This document shows, piece after piece, positions 11,177 through 20,593 of a stretch of 53,165 bases of DNA. The stretch lies in the NCBI GenBank assembly GCA_014382805.1, contig JACNIZ010000227.1, positions 1 to 53,165 of the forward strand, in the 5' to 3' direction. Each line of letters starts with the position of its first letter. The stretch's first letter is position 1. The translations under genes were made by a program, and so were the position numbers. The DNA is from Planctomycetota bacterium (GTDB lineage Bacteria; Planctomycetota; UBA1135). The notes beneath the pieces were generated by a model. It searched no databases and had not been told where the DNA came from. It saw nothing but the letters and a program-made list of their open reading frames with translations.

Positions 11177-11641
11177 TTGGCTACTACGGGCAAATTTTGG
11201 ATGTGGGTGCCGGTCGTCTTACTCAGCATGTCGCTGATTATTGGCGGCATCACCGTTTACTTTGCGGTTAACGATCCTTCGTTTGCGGTCGAGGAAGATT
11301 ATTACCAGCGTGGTTTGGACTGGGATCAAACCATGGCGCAAAAACGCCTCAATCAGCAGCTAGGTTGGCAGATTCAAGCGGCTGTGGTCAAAGGCCAATT
11401 GCAACTGGAAATCACCGACGCGGAGTTGCAGCCTTTGGCCGACGCCGACGTCGATTATGTGGTCTTCCATAACGCACGCGCTGCGCAGCAACTCGAGGGC
11501 AAAGCGACCACCACACCGCAAACCCTCGGTTTCTACTCCGCCGACGTTAATTTTGATCGCGCCGGCAAATGGGTGGTGCGTTATCGCATTCAACACGGCG
11601 ATGATTTGTACGTCGGCGAAACGCGTATGGAGTTGAACTGA
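11177..11641 (+). CDS. ccoH: FixH/CcoH family protein
   Basis: 154 aa, N-terminal TM WMWVPVVLLSMSLIIGGITVYF then DPSFAVEEDYYQRGLDWD typical of FixH; start TTG 11177 or ATG 11201. Confidence 0.75.
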   Translation: MATTGKFWMWVPVVLLSMSLIIGGITVYFAVNDPSFAVEEDYYQRGLDWDQTMAQKRLNQQLGWQIQAAVVKGQLQLEITDAELQPLADADVDYVVFHNARAAQQLEGKATTTPQTLGFYSADVNFDRAGKWVVRYRIQHGDDLYVGETRMELN

Positions 11642-12456
11642 TGGGAACTTTGCTGGTGGCGGTTTTTGTTGCCAGCTTGGCAGGCAGTTTGCATTGCGTC
11701 GGCATGTGCGGAGGCTTGGTTGCTTTTGTGGCCGGAGCCGGAACCAAAGCTGGTGACGATAGGCCCAAATCATTGCTAGGAGTGCACGTGATTTATCACG
11801 CCAGTCGGGCGGTGACCTATGTATTGCTGGGCATCATGGCCGGGGTGGTCGGCGCGGCCGTGGACTTCAGTGGTAGCGCCTTGGGATGGGGGCGCGGGGC
11901 GGTCATTTTGGCTGGCCTGACCATGGTGCTATTCGGCGTACTGGCGTTTTTGCGCAATTTTGAGGTGCGACTGCCTAGGCTCGGCATGCCCAAGTTTCTG
12001 AGCCAGGCGTTTGCTCGCGGGCATCGTTTGGCGGTCGGACGCGGTCCTATTTTTCGCGCTGCTTTGGTTGGCGGCTTGACCGCTGCGCTGCCCTGCGGTT
12101 GGCTTTACGCTTTTGTTTTGACTGCGGCGAGCACCTCGCACCCATTGTCTGGCGCTATGGTGATGTTGGCCTTTTGGGTGGGCACGGTGCCGGTATTGTT
12201 GGGGGTCGGCTTGGGTGCACAACAGTTGGCCGCGCCGTTGGCTAAACACCTACCCAAAGTGGCTCCCTTAGTTTTAGTCGCCGTCGGTTTGTCCGCGTTG
12301 ACTGGTCGTTTCACGCCACCCACCTTTGCCGGCAAAATGCCGATAGCCGCCAGCCCCGAGGCGGTTAAAGAATTAGCGCACCAAGAACCGCCTTGTTGTG
12401 CTGAAACACCCATCCTCGATGAGCAAGCTGAGCCGTCCGCAGATAAAGAGCATTGA
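11641..12456 (+). CDS. TauE/SafE- or DsbD_2-like membrane protein associated with cbb3 maturation genes
   Basis: 271 aa polytopic; N-terminal SLHCVGMCGGL motif; start overlaps the fixH stop (TGATG). Confidence 0.65.
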   Translation: MGTLLVAVFVASLAGSLHCVGMCGGLVAFVAGAGTKAGDDRPKSLLGVHVIYHASRAVTYVLLGIMAGVVGAAVDFSGSALGWGRGAVILAGLTMVLFGVLAFLRNFEVRLPRLGMPKFLSQAFARGHRLAVGRGPIFRAALVGGLTAALPCGWLYAFVLTAASTSHPLSGAMVMLAFWVGTVPVLLGVGLGAQQLAAPLAKHLPKVAPLVLVAVGLSALTGRFTPPTFAGKMPIAASPEAVKELAHQEPPCCAETPILDEQAEPSADKEH

Positions 12457-14911
12457 GGTCAGTTGTGACCACTGCAATTTGCCGGTTCCGTCTGGGTTAA
12501 TTGAGCCTGAGGCGGAGCTGCAGTTTTGCTGCGCGGGCTGCAAAGCGGTGTGGCAGGCGATTCATGGTTCGGGCTTGGGCAATTATTATCGTTTGCGCGC
12601 TAGCCAGGGCGTCGACGGCACCAAGGTCAGGCTGACGGGTAGGGGATACGTCGAATTTGATGATCCTAGCTTTGAAGAACTGCATGTCGAGGAACTCGAC
12701 GACGGCACCAAGCGCACGGTGTTTTTGTTAGAAGGCGTGCACTGCGCGGCGTGTGTTTGGTTAATTGAAAAGTTCCCGAGCATTCACGCTGGTGTGTTGG
12801 AAGCGCGTTTGGATTTTGGTCGGCGTACCGCCGAAGTGCGCTGGCAGCCGGAGCAGGCCAAGTTGTCGGCGATTGCTCATGGTTTGGATCGCTTGGGCTA
12901 TCCGCCGCATCCGTTTCGGGGTGGCGAGGATGAAAAGCAGCGCCGGTTAGAGGTGCGCGGACAGTTGATTCGGATCGGCGTAGCCGGGGCTTTGGCCATG
13001 AATTGCATGCTGTTGGCCTTTGCACTTTATGGTGGTTGGTTTCACGGTATGGACGCCAAATTCCGCGACTTTTTCCGCTGGATTTCTTTTGGCCTCGCGC
13101 TTTTGTCGGTGGTTTGGCCGGGACGGGTTTTTATGCGCGGCGCGGCGGCTGCGTTGCGAACCCGGACCGCGCATATGGATCTGCCAATTGCCATCGGCTT
13201 GCTGGCAGGCTTGCTGGGTGGAGCATGGAACACCTATACCGGTCAGGGTGAAGTCTATTTCGAATCCGTCACCACCTTGGTTTTTTTGCTGTTGGCCGGT
13301 CGCTTTTTGCAACAACGGCAGCAACGTCGCGCTTATGACGCGTTGGCGATGTTGTATTCGCTGACTCCGGGCAATGCGCGCTTGATGGATGGCGATCAAA
13401 TTCGCGAAGTACCGGTGACGTCGCTGCAATGCGGCAACCTGCTGGAAATCCGCTCCGGCGATTCGGTGCCCGCAGATGGCGTTTTGCGAACGGGCAAGGG
13501 TAGTTTTGATTTATCCCTGCTCACCGGGGAATCCAAACCGGTGCGGCTAAAGGTGGGGGATCGGGTGCATGCGGGCACCGTCAGCTGTAGTGATCGAGTG
13601 GTCATGGAAGTCGAACGGACTGGTGCTGAAACCCGCTTGGGTCGGTTGATGCAATTGGTGGAACGGCATTCCAACCGCGCTGCGCCGATTGTGCATCTTG
13701 CGGATCAATGGTCGGGTTGGTTTGTGATGACAGTGCTGGTTTTGGCGGTGGCGAACTACTTTTTTTGGCTGCAAACGTCGTCGGCATTGGCGTTGGAATA
13801 CACCATGGCCTTGCTGATCGTGGCTTGCCCGTGCGCGCTAGGATTGGCGACGCCGCTTGCAGTTGCCGCGGCGGTCGGACGGGCGGCGCAAAACGGCATA
13901 TTGGTCAAAGGCGGCGACGTAGTGGAGCGCTTATCTCATCCCGGAATTCTGCTGTTGGATAAAACCGGCACGTTGACACGCGGTGAAATCAGCGTGGTTG
14001 ATTTTGCTGGGCCAAAACGCGCCAAATCGCGGATTGCGGCTCTAGAAAGCCATTCTTCTCACCCTTATGCCAAGGCGTTGATGGACGCATTTGGCGCGGC
14101 CGAACGAAACATTACCGATTCTACCGCTGGGTCCGATGGCGGTGATTCGCACGTTGACACTAGGGAAGAAATTCAAGGCTCGGGCATGCGCGGAGTGATC
14201 GATGGTCAGCTTTGCTTGCTTGGCTCGATGCGATTTATGAATGAGCAACAGCAGCATTTACCGGCCGAGTTAAAACACGCGGTAGAGCAATTTTTGGATC
14301 GAGCGCTGACTCCAATTCTGTACGCCGAAGATGGGCTAGTTATCGCCGTCGCTGGGTTGGGCGATGCGCTGCGCGAGGACGCGAAGGAAAGTTTGCAGCA
14401 ACTCAAGGCGTCGGGATGGGAGATCGGAATTTTGTCCGGCGACCACCCCCGAATCGTCGCCGCCATCGCCAAAGAATTGGGCTTGCAGGCGAGCCAATGC
14501 CACGGCGCGGTGGCACCGGAAGAAAAGTTGCAATGGATTCATAAACACCAATCCGACCCTAACCGCCCTGTCGTGATGGTTGGCGATGGCGTGAACGACG
14601 CCGCCGCTTTGGCTGCCGCTGGAGTGGGGGTTGCCGTCCAAGGTGGCGCAGAAGCTTCCCTCGCCGCCGCCGACGTTTTTCTCGCCCGCCCAGGATTGAA
14701 ACCATTGGTTGAACTCATTCAAGGCTCATCGCGAACGGTCACCGTCATCAAAGGCAATTTGCTGCTATCCCTGGGTTACAACACCCTCGGCGTGATCTTG
14801 GCCATGGGCGGCATGCTATCCCCAGCCCTGGCCGCAATTCTGATGCCGGTCAGTTCATTGACGGTAATATCAACCAGTTACCGTGCGCGCACCTTCCGGG
14901 CGGCCGAATGA
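12419..14911 (+). CDS. ccoI: copper-translocating P1B-type ATPase (CcoI/FixI)
   Basis: CPCALGLATP, DKTGTLT, GDGVNDAAAL, TGES; N-terminal Cys pairs. Start taken at ATG 12419 (MSKLSRPQ); the ORF track gives 12398. Confidence 0.9.
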   Translation: MSKLSRPQIKSIEVSCDHCNLPVPSGLIEPEAELQFCCAGCKAVWQAIHGSGLGNYYRLRASQGVDGTKVRLTGRGYVEFDDPSFEELHVEELDDGTKRTVFLLEGVHCAACVWLIEKFPSIHAGVLEARLDFGRRTAEVRWQPEQAKLSAIAHGLDRLGYPPHPFRGGEDEKQRRLEVRGQLIRIGVAGALAMNCMLLAFALYGGWFHGMDAKFRDFFRWISFGLALLSVVWPGRVFMRGAAAALRTRTAHMDLPIAIGLLAGLLGGAWNTYTGQGEVYFESVTTLVFLLLAGRFLQQRQQRRAYDALAMLYSLTPGNARLMDGDQIREVPVTSLQCGNLLEIRSGDSVPADGVLRTGKGSFDLSLLTGESKPVRLKVGDRVHAGTVSCSDRVVMEVERTGAETRLGRLMQLVERHSNRAAPIVHLADQWSGWFVMTVLVLAVANYFFWLQTSSALALEYTMALLIVACPCALGLATPLAVAAAVGRAAQNGILVKGGDVVERLSHPGILLLDKTGTLTRGEISVVDFAGPKRAKSRIAALESHSSHPYAKALMDAFGAAERNITDSTAGSDGGDSHVDTREEIQGSGMRGVIDGQLCLLGSMRFMNEQQQHLPAELKHAVEQFLDRALTPILYAEDGLVIAVAGLGDALREDAKESLQQLKASGWEIGILSGDHPRIVAAIAKELGLQASQCHGAVAPEEKLQWIHKHQSDPNRPVVMVGDGVNDAAALAAAGVGVAVQGGAEASLAAADVFLARPGLKPLVELIQGSSRTVTVIKGNLLLSLGYNTLGVILAMGGMLSPALAAILMPVSSLTVISTSYRARTFRAAE

Positions 14912-14930
14912 GCGTGGCCGCCAGCAGCCG

Positions 14931-15128
14931 ATGAACCTGATTTACCTCATTCTGCCGATCGCCCTGCTCATTGCAGCCGGCTTCGTTTTTGCCTTCGTTT
15001 GGGCAACGCGGCAAGGCCAATTCGACGATATGGACACCCCATCCATGCGAATTTTGGGCGAGGATGACGAGATCGATGTGGGTCCGGCCAAAAAGGTTGA
15101 AAGCAATTCACCCGGAACGACCGATTAG
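14931..15128 (+). CDS. ccoS: cbb3 oxidase maturation protein CcoS/FixS
   Basis: MNLIYLILPIALLIAAGFVFAFVWATRQGQFDDMDTPSMRIL is the CcoS signature; start at ATG 14931. Confidence 0.85.
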   Translation: MNLIYLILPIALLIAAGFVFAFVWATRQGQFDDMDTPSMRILGEDDEIDVGPAKKVESNSPGTTD

Positions 15129-15294
15129 GTAACAGGTTGTACCTTTTTTGAGGGCTCAATCCTCATCAGGAATTCACTGCTGAACTTGACAAGCGTGGTA
15201 TATTTCTCCCCCCGGGAGTATGCGCACGACCTGTCCAGTGTGTAAAGCCTGTACCAAAACAGCAGCAGAACCCGCCCAAACCTAGGAAACAGAT

Positions 15295-16692
15295 ATGTCT
15301 CCCGAATCCCAGAGTCCGGCCAAAGACCACGCCCACCCGCTTTCGACCACGCACACGCTGGCCGCCAATCCGGACCTTTCGTTTTCGGTAGAGGCTCTGC
15401 TCCGCCGGATCGAAAACAAGACTGCAATCATTGGTGTGGTTGGCCTGGGTTATGTCGGTCTGCCGCTGGCTGTAGAGCTGGGTAAGGCCGGTTTTTCGGT
15501 GGTTGGAATTGAGATTGATGAAAAACGCGCGGCCGAGTGCAATGCGGGCAACAGCTACATCACCGACATCCCCAGTGCAGAGCTAAGAACGGTAGTCAAT
15601 ACCGACAAGTTGAAGGCCTATACCTCGTTTGAAGCTTTGGCCGGAACTGACGTCATCGTGGTGTGCGTGCCGACCAACCTAGGTGCCGACGGTAACCCTG
15701 ACCTGCGCCACGTTGAAGCTTCTGCCGAAGGAATTTCCAGCATTTTGAAGCCTGGTCAAGCGGTGATTTTGGAGTCGACCAGCTTTCCGGGCACGACCGA
15801 AGAGATCGCCAAGCCGATTTTGGAAGCGATGAGCGGCTTGGTTTGCGCCAAGGATTTTTTGCTCGCGTTTTCGCCTGAGCGCGTGGACCCAGGCAACAAA
15901 ACTTACACCGTTCACAATACGCCGAAGGTCGTTGGTGCATCCGACGTAGCTTCGCTGGACGTGGCGGTGATGTTTTATAAGCAGGTCGTTGGCGAGGTCG
16001 TGCCGGTCAGTTGCAGCCGCACTGCCGAAATGGTCAAGATGTTTGAAAACGCGTTCCGCGCGGTGAACATCGGCCTGGTGAATGAAATGGCGCAATTGTG
16101 CGACCACATGAACCTGGATGTTTGGGAAGTGCTCGATGCGGCTTACACCAAACCGTTCGGCATCATGCCGTTTTACCCCGGCCCGGGCGTCGGCGGTCAC
16201 TGCATTCCGGTCGATCCGGTTTACTTGGCTTGGAAGGCCGAAAAGCTCGGATTTGATTCCGACGTGGTGTGGCTGGCCGCAAAAACCAACCGCGAAATGC
16301 CGCAATGGGTGGTCAGTAAAGTGGGACGTCTGCTCGAAAAGCAGGGCTCGTCATTGACCACGGGCAAAATCGTAATTCTGGGCGTTTCTTACAAGAAAGA
16401 CGTGCCAGACTGCCGCGAATCGCCGCCAATTTACATGATTGAGCAGCTGCAAGAAATGGGCAGCAACGTTTCCTTCCACGACCCCTTTGTCGACGAGATC
16501 CGCGTCGGCGCGGGCAAGATGAAGAGTGAAGATTTGGAAGACGCGTTGGCGTCGGCCGACATCGTGGTCCTGGCCACCGACCACTCCTGCTACGACATGC
16601 GCGACATCGTGCGCAAGTCTAAGCACGTGCTCGATACGCGCGGCATGACGCGCAAATTCGGCGAGCACTTCGAAAACGTAACGCTGCTTTAA
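15295..16692 (+). CDS. nucleotide-sugar dehydrogenase (UDP-glucose/UDP-N-acetyl-hexosamine 6-dehydrogenase family)
   Basis: Rossmann motif GVVGLGYVGLPLA, catalytic-Cys motif GGHCIPVDP. Confidence 0.85.
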   Translation: MSPESQSPAKDHAHPLSTTHTLAANPDLSFSVEALLRRIENKTAIIGVVGLGYVGLPLAVELGKAGFSVVGIEIDEKRAAECNAGNSYITDIPSAELRTVVNTDKLKAYTSFEALAGTDVIVVCVPTNLGADGNPDLRHVEASAEGISSILKPGQAVILESTSFPGTTEEIAKPILEAMSGLVCAKDFLLAFSPERVDPGNKTYTVHNTPKVVGASDVASLDVAVMFYKQVVGEVVPVSCSRTAEMVKMFENAFRAVNIGLVNEMAQLCDHMNLDVWEVLDAAYTKPFGIMPFYPGPGVGGHCIPVDPVYLAWKAEKLGFDSDVVWLAAKTNREMPQWVVSKVGRLLEKQGSSLTTGKIVILGVSYKKDVPDCRESPPIYMIEQLQEMGSNVSFHDPFVDEIRVGAGKMKSEDLEDALASADIVVLATDHSCYDMRDIVRKSKHVLDTRGMTRKFGEHFENVTLL

Positions 16693-16700
16693 TGCACGAT

Positions 16701-17168
16701 CTAGTAGCGCAATTGAATGCGATTGCTAGCGCTGCAGTTGGATAAATCGACGGCTTGAAACCAGATGAGTCCAGCTGCGGCTGATGGAACTCGGCGTGGC
16801 CCTGGACCAACCACCGCTTCACCATTGGCATCGGTATCAACGATTGCCACCTTGCCGAGGTTTGAGTTGAGATTCATCATCGTGCCCGAGCACGGTAAGC
16901 CGTTGGGAATAGGAGAGGGACCACCTCTGCCCTTAGCCCACATCAACATGACCTGGCTGTTTGGAGTTGCTCCGGTCATTTTGGCAACCATGTAGTGTCC
17001 AGTGTTTCCAATGAATGTTCCTAGGCAGGGATTTGGATCAATGGACCAAAGGTCGCCATTCAGGCCTAAGGTGAAGACCTCCTGGCCCTTTGCATTGGAA
17101 ATGGTGACTGAAAGTGCAAAAAGAATCCAGAAGCCAAAAAACCAGGAGTTAAGAGTCGGCTGGCGCAT
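16701..17168 (-). CDS. hypothetical secreted protein
   Basis: 155 aa with N-terminal signal-like WFFGFWILFALSVTISNAKGQ; no recognisable domain. Confidence 0.45.
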   Translation of the reverse strand: MRQPTLNSWFFGFWILFALSVTISNAKGQEVFTLGLNGDLWSIDPNPCLGTFIGNTGHYMVAKMTGATPNSQVMLMWAKGRGGPSPIPNGLPCSGTMMNLNSNLGKVAIVDTDANGEAVVGPGPRRVPSAAAGLIWFQAVDLSNCSASNRIQLRY

Positions 17169-17241
17169 TTCTTGAAGTTCGTATCTTAAACATTACCGCG
17201 CTTTTCCCACCTGAGGCCCAAAACACTTCCAGGAATACTCG

Positions 17242-17285
17242 AAAGCGGCGGTCAGTCTCGAGACTGACCGCCGCTTTATTTTTCC
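17242..17285. terminator. 36-bp perfect palindrome (18+18) with T-tract; intrinsic-terminator-like, stronger on the + strand
   Basis: AAAGCGGCGGTCAGTCTC|GAGACTGACCGCCGCTTT (17242-17277) followed by ATTTTT on the + strand; on the - strand only TTT follows. Confidence 0.6.
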
Positions 17286-17323
17286 AGCCGCTCTTTCGGT
17301 TGGTTGTTGGTAGTTAAACCTGA

Positions 17324-18295
17324 TTAATTGGGCTGCTTGCTGCGTTCGTGATCGATCACTGCGGTCAGGATTTGATCCAAGTTGTTCTGCGGAGCCCAAC
17401 CGAGCAGATTGCCAATTTTGGTGTTGTCTGGCTTGCGGCGGGCGATGTCTTCGAAATCAGCCGAGTAGGCTTCGGCGAAGGGAACGTACTTGATTTCAGA
17501 GGTTGAACCCGACAAGGCAATGACCCGAGTAGCCAAATCATTGATGGTGACTTCTTCGGTGGTGCCCAGGTTGTAAACCTGGCCGTACGCCTCGTCCTTA
17601 TCGACGATGGCGACCAAAGCGCGGCAAACGTCTTCCACGTGGCAGAAGCAGCGCGATTGGGTGCCGTCGCCAAATACGGTGATGGATTCTCCCTCCAATG
17701 CCTGACGCACGAAGTTTGGAATCACCATGCCGTAGCGGCCGGTCTGTTTAGGGCCAACCGTATTGAACAAGCGCACCACGATGGCGGGCAGTTTGCGCTC
17801 TTGGTAGAAAGCTAGCGCCAGGAATTCGTCGACCATCTTTGAGGCAGCGTAACTCCAGCGGCTGCAAGTGGTTGGGCCGAGAAGTACGTCGCCGTCTTCG
17901 CGGAATGGTACGTCCAAGCTCTTGCCGAATACTTCCGACGTCGAGGCAATGACCACCTTGGTTTTGTACTTGTCACAGGCCTCGAGCACGTATTTGGTGC
18001 CCATAATGTTGGCCTCGATGGTGTAGAGCGGTCTTTCGACCACCAATTGCACGCCGACAGCCGCCGCTAGGTGGTAAACCAAATCGACCTTAGCAACCAT
18101 TTTTTCCAGCTTTTCGACGTTCGCAATCGTGTCGATTTCGACGCTGAAATTAGGATTGTCGGTCAGGTGCTGGATGTTGTCCATCGAGCCGGTAGACAAA
18201 TCGTCGATCACATCGACGGTGTGGCCCAGGTCCAGCAGGTCTCCAGCCAAGTGAGAGCCGATGAAACCAGCTCCTCCAGTAATCAGAACGCGCAT
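17324..18295 (-). CDS. NAD-dependent epimerase/dehydratase (SDR; UDP-glucuronate decarboxylase-like)
   Basis: MRVLITGGAGFIGSHL, catalytic YAASK; start at ATG 18295. The ORF-track extension to 18478 is rejected. Confidence 0.85.
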   Translation of the reverse strand: MRVLITGGAGFIGSHLAGDLLDLGHTVDVIDDLSTGSMDNIQHLTDNPNFSVEIDTIANVEKLEKMVAKVDLVYHLAAAVGVQLVVERPLYTIEANIMGTKYVLEACDKYKTKVVIASTSEVFGKSLDVPFREDGDVLLGPTTCSRWSYAASKMVDEFLALAFYQERKLPAIVVRLFNTVGPKQTGRYGMVIPNFVRQALEGESITVFGDGTQSRCFCHVEDVCRALVAIVDKDEAYGQVYNLGTTEEVTINDLATRVIALSGSTSEIKYVPFAEAYSADFEDIARRKPDNTKIGNLLGWAPQNNLDQILTAVIDHERSKQPN

Positions 18296-18466
18296 TTTTG
18301 GTCGTCGGGGGTGATCTGAGCGCGGGGTGTGGCCCAGGAAGCCGAATATTCTACTTTCGCCGTCGAAATGAACCGAGGGAAAAGAGTGTGCGTTCCTGCA
18401 ACACCGAGTACGGCACCCAACTGTTATCGGCGAAATAAACATCGAACTGCTAGGATTACTGAAACC

Positions 18467-20545
18467 ATGTTTCTTCATAAACGCCCCACAGCCTTAATCG
18501 GCCTCCTTTTACTCGCATTACTGGTCCTCGCCAGCTGCGGTAATCCGATCAACAAGCGCGGACGTCAAAATCGCGATGGTAATGACACTACTGGCCAGCA
18601 AGTCGAGCAACCTGACGACGGCAGCGATGCTGGTTCAGGCACCGACGACGCAAGCGACAACCCTGGGGACGACGACATCGTCGAGCGTGGTGGCCGCGGC
18701 GCTCAAAGCAAAGGTGGCGGTGGAGGTGGTAATACTTCCAACTCTGGCTACAACGGCGAGTCCGCCAAATCTTTGCTGGCCGCAATGTCGGATGAGCATC
18801 CGCGCCTCATGTTGGACGATACCCGATTGGCCAAATTAGATCGCCAACGTAAAGGTGACAAGGTACTCAGTAAATTGATTCGCGATGGCATCAATAGTGC
18901 CAATAAATATCTGAAAGCGGCGCCAGTTAAGTACACATCCAAAGGGCCGCAAGCATTACAGCAAGCTCACGAGGCATTGAAGCGATGCTATGCCTTGGGC
19001 TTTGCATGGCGCGCGACCAAAGATGAACGCTACGTTAAAAAGTTGGAAGAAAACCTGCTCAATATCTGTGGCTTTAAAAACTGGACGCCGGATCACTTCT
19101 TGGCCACTGCTGAGTTCGCCCATGCCGTCGGTATCGGTTATGACTGGGGCTTTTCTGGCATTAGTAAAGAATCTAGAGCCAAAATTCGGGCTGGCCTGCT
19201 GAAGAACGGCCTCAACCCCGGTTTGAAAGATATGAAGAGTGTGCCCATGGTGGATTGGGTGAAGACTGAGTACAACTGGAACTTCGTTTGCAACGGTGGT
19301 TTGGTTATTGGCGCGTTGGCAATTGCCGAGCACGAACCAAAAATCGCTGAGGAAATTCTAGATTTTGCCAAGGACAACTTGGTGAAGACTTATGAAACTT
19401 ATGGCCCTGATGGCGCTTGGCCGGAGGGTCCTGGTTACTGGTCTTACGCAACCCAGTACGCGGTTTACACCCTTGCCGCAATGCAAACCTGTTTGGGCGC
19501 CGACTTCGGCCTGTCTTCGATCAAAGGCTTTGCCGATACTGGTTTGTTCGCCGTGTCGATGACGTCGCAATCGGGCAATTTGGCCGCGTTTGCCGACGTT
19601 GAGGGCGGCGCATCACGTAAGGCCATTCCAGTATTGTTTTGGTTGGCGGAGTTCTACGACAAGCCAGAATTGGCGGCTGAAGAGCTGGCATACATTGAAC
19701 ACAACAAGGGTTCCATTCAGCACATACTGTGGTACCCAGGCGTCAACGCGATCAAGGCGGATCGTCCGCGTCCGGAGTTGGATACTTGCTATGACGGCAA
19801 AGTTGAGTTGATGTTTATGCGCGGCGGTTACGACAAGATGGATTTGTTTGTACCGTTCAAAGCTGGCTTCAACAAGGTTCACCACGGTCACCTTGACTTG
19901 GGCAACTTTGAACTGGAAGCACTGGGCGTGCGCTGGGCGCGTGACTTAGGCAGTGATAATTATGGGCTGCCTGGTTACTGGGAAAGCCGTCCGGGTGGAC
20001 GGCGCTGGAGTCATTACCGCCTCGGTTCGTTTAGCCATAACGTGCTTACCTTTGGCGGCGAGCAACAACAAGTGAAGGCCACCTCAAAGTTCATTCGTCA
20101 AACGCCAGGTAAGGCTGACCCGTTTGGAATCGTCGAAATTACGGACGCTTACCCTAGCTTCACAGGCAACATTCAGCGCGGTGTGCGTTTGATTGAGGAC
20201 CGCAAAGCTGTGGTGGTGCAAGACGAATACAAGCTTTTGAAGAGCACCGAAGTGACCTGGGGCATTACCACCGATGCGGAAATTACTTTGCAAGGGAATA
20301 AGGCGCGCCTCAAGCAAAAGGGCAAGAACATGGTTGTGACCATTCTTTCACCAAAGGGTGCGACCTTCACCACCGAAGCCGCACCGACCAAGTCCGGCGC
20401 CAAGTCCAACAAAGGCGTTTCCCGCTTGCTGATGAAAGTGAAGCAGGAAACTGGCGCACAAACCATTGTGGTTCAATTTTCGCCGGTTTGGCCCACCGGT
20501 GGTGAGGTTAAATTGGCGAATGTAGTACCACTGGCAAAGTGGTAA
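18467..20545 (+). CDS. heparinase II/III-family lipoprotein (polysaccharide lyase-like)
   Basis: Start ATG 18467; lipobox LLVLASC; Gly/Asp-rich linker; DHFLATAEFAHAVGIGYDW and HHGHLDLGNFELEALG motifs typical of heparinase II/III-like proteins. Confidence 0.75.
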   Translation: MFLHKRPTALIGLLLLALLVLASCGNPINKRGRQNRDGNDTTGQQVEQPDDGSDAGSGTDDASDNPGDDDIVERGGRGAQSKGGGGGGNTSNSGYNGESAKSLLAAMSDEHPRLMLDDTRLAKLDRQRKGDKVLSKLIRDGINSANKYLKAAPVKYTSKGPQALQQAHEALKRCYALGFAWRATKDERYVKKLEENLLNICGFKNWTPDHFLATAEFAHAVGIGYDWGFSGISKESRAKIRAGLLKNGLNPGLKDMKSVPMVDWVKTEYNWNFVCNGGLVIGALAIAEHEPKIAEEILDFAKDNLVKTYETYGPDGAWPEGPGYWSYATQYAVYTLAAMQTCLGADFGLSSIKGFADTGLFAVSMTSQSGNLAAFADVEGGASRKAIPVLFWLAEFYDKPELAAEELAYIEHNKGSIQHILWYPGVNAIKADRPRPELDTCYDGKVELMFMRGGYDKMDLFVPFKAGFNKVHHGHLDLGNFELEALGVRWARDLGSDNYGLPGYWESRPGGRRWSHYRLGSFSHNVLTFGGEQQQVKATSKFIRQTPGKADPFGIVEITDAYPSFTGNIQRGVRLIEDRKAVVVQDEYKLLKSTEVTWGITTDAEITLQGNKARLKQKGKNMVVTILSPKGATFTTEAAPTKSGAKSNKGVSRLLMKVKQETGAQTIVVQFSPVWPTGGEVKLANVVPLAKW

Positions 20546-20555
20546 ATTCGTTCCA

Positions 20556-20593
20556 AGCAGTACCGTTATCTGCTTACAGTTAACGGTACTGCT
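20556..20593. terminator. 13-bp perfect-stem hairpin between or overlapping convergent gene ends (no T-tract)
   Basis: AGCAGTACCGTTA (20556-20568), 12-nt loop, TAACGGTACTGCT (20581-20593); the right arm lies in the last codons of the FG-GAP gene. Confidence 0.35.

Noticed and set aside
15127-15149. Possible terminator after ccoS (AGGTA-N8-TACCT followed by T6)
   Set aside because: The stem is only 5 bp, too weak to report as a feature.
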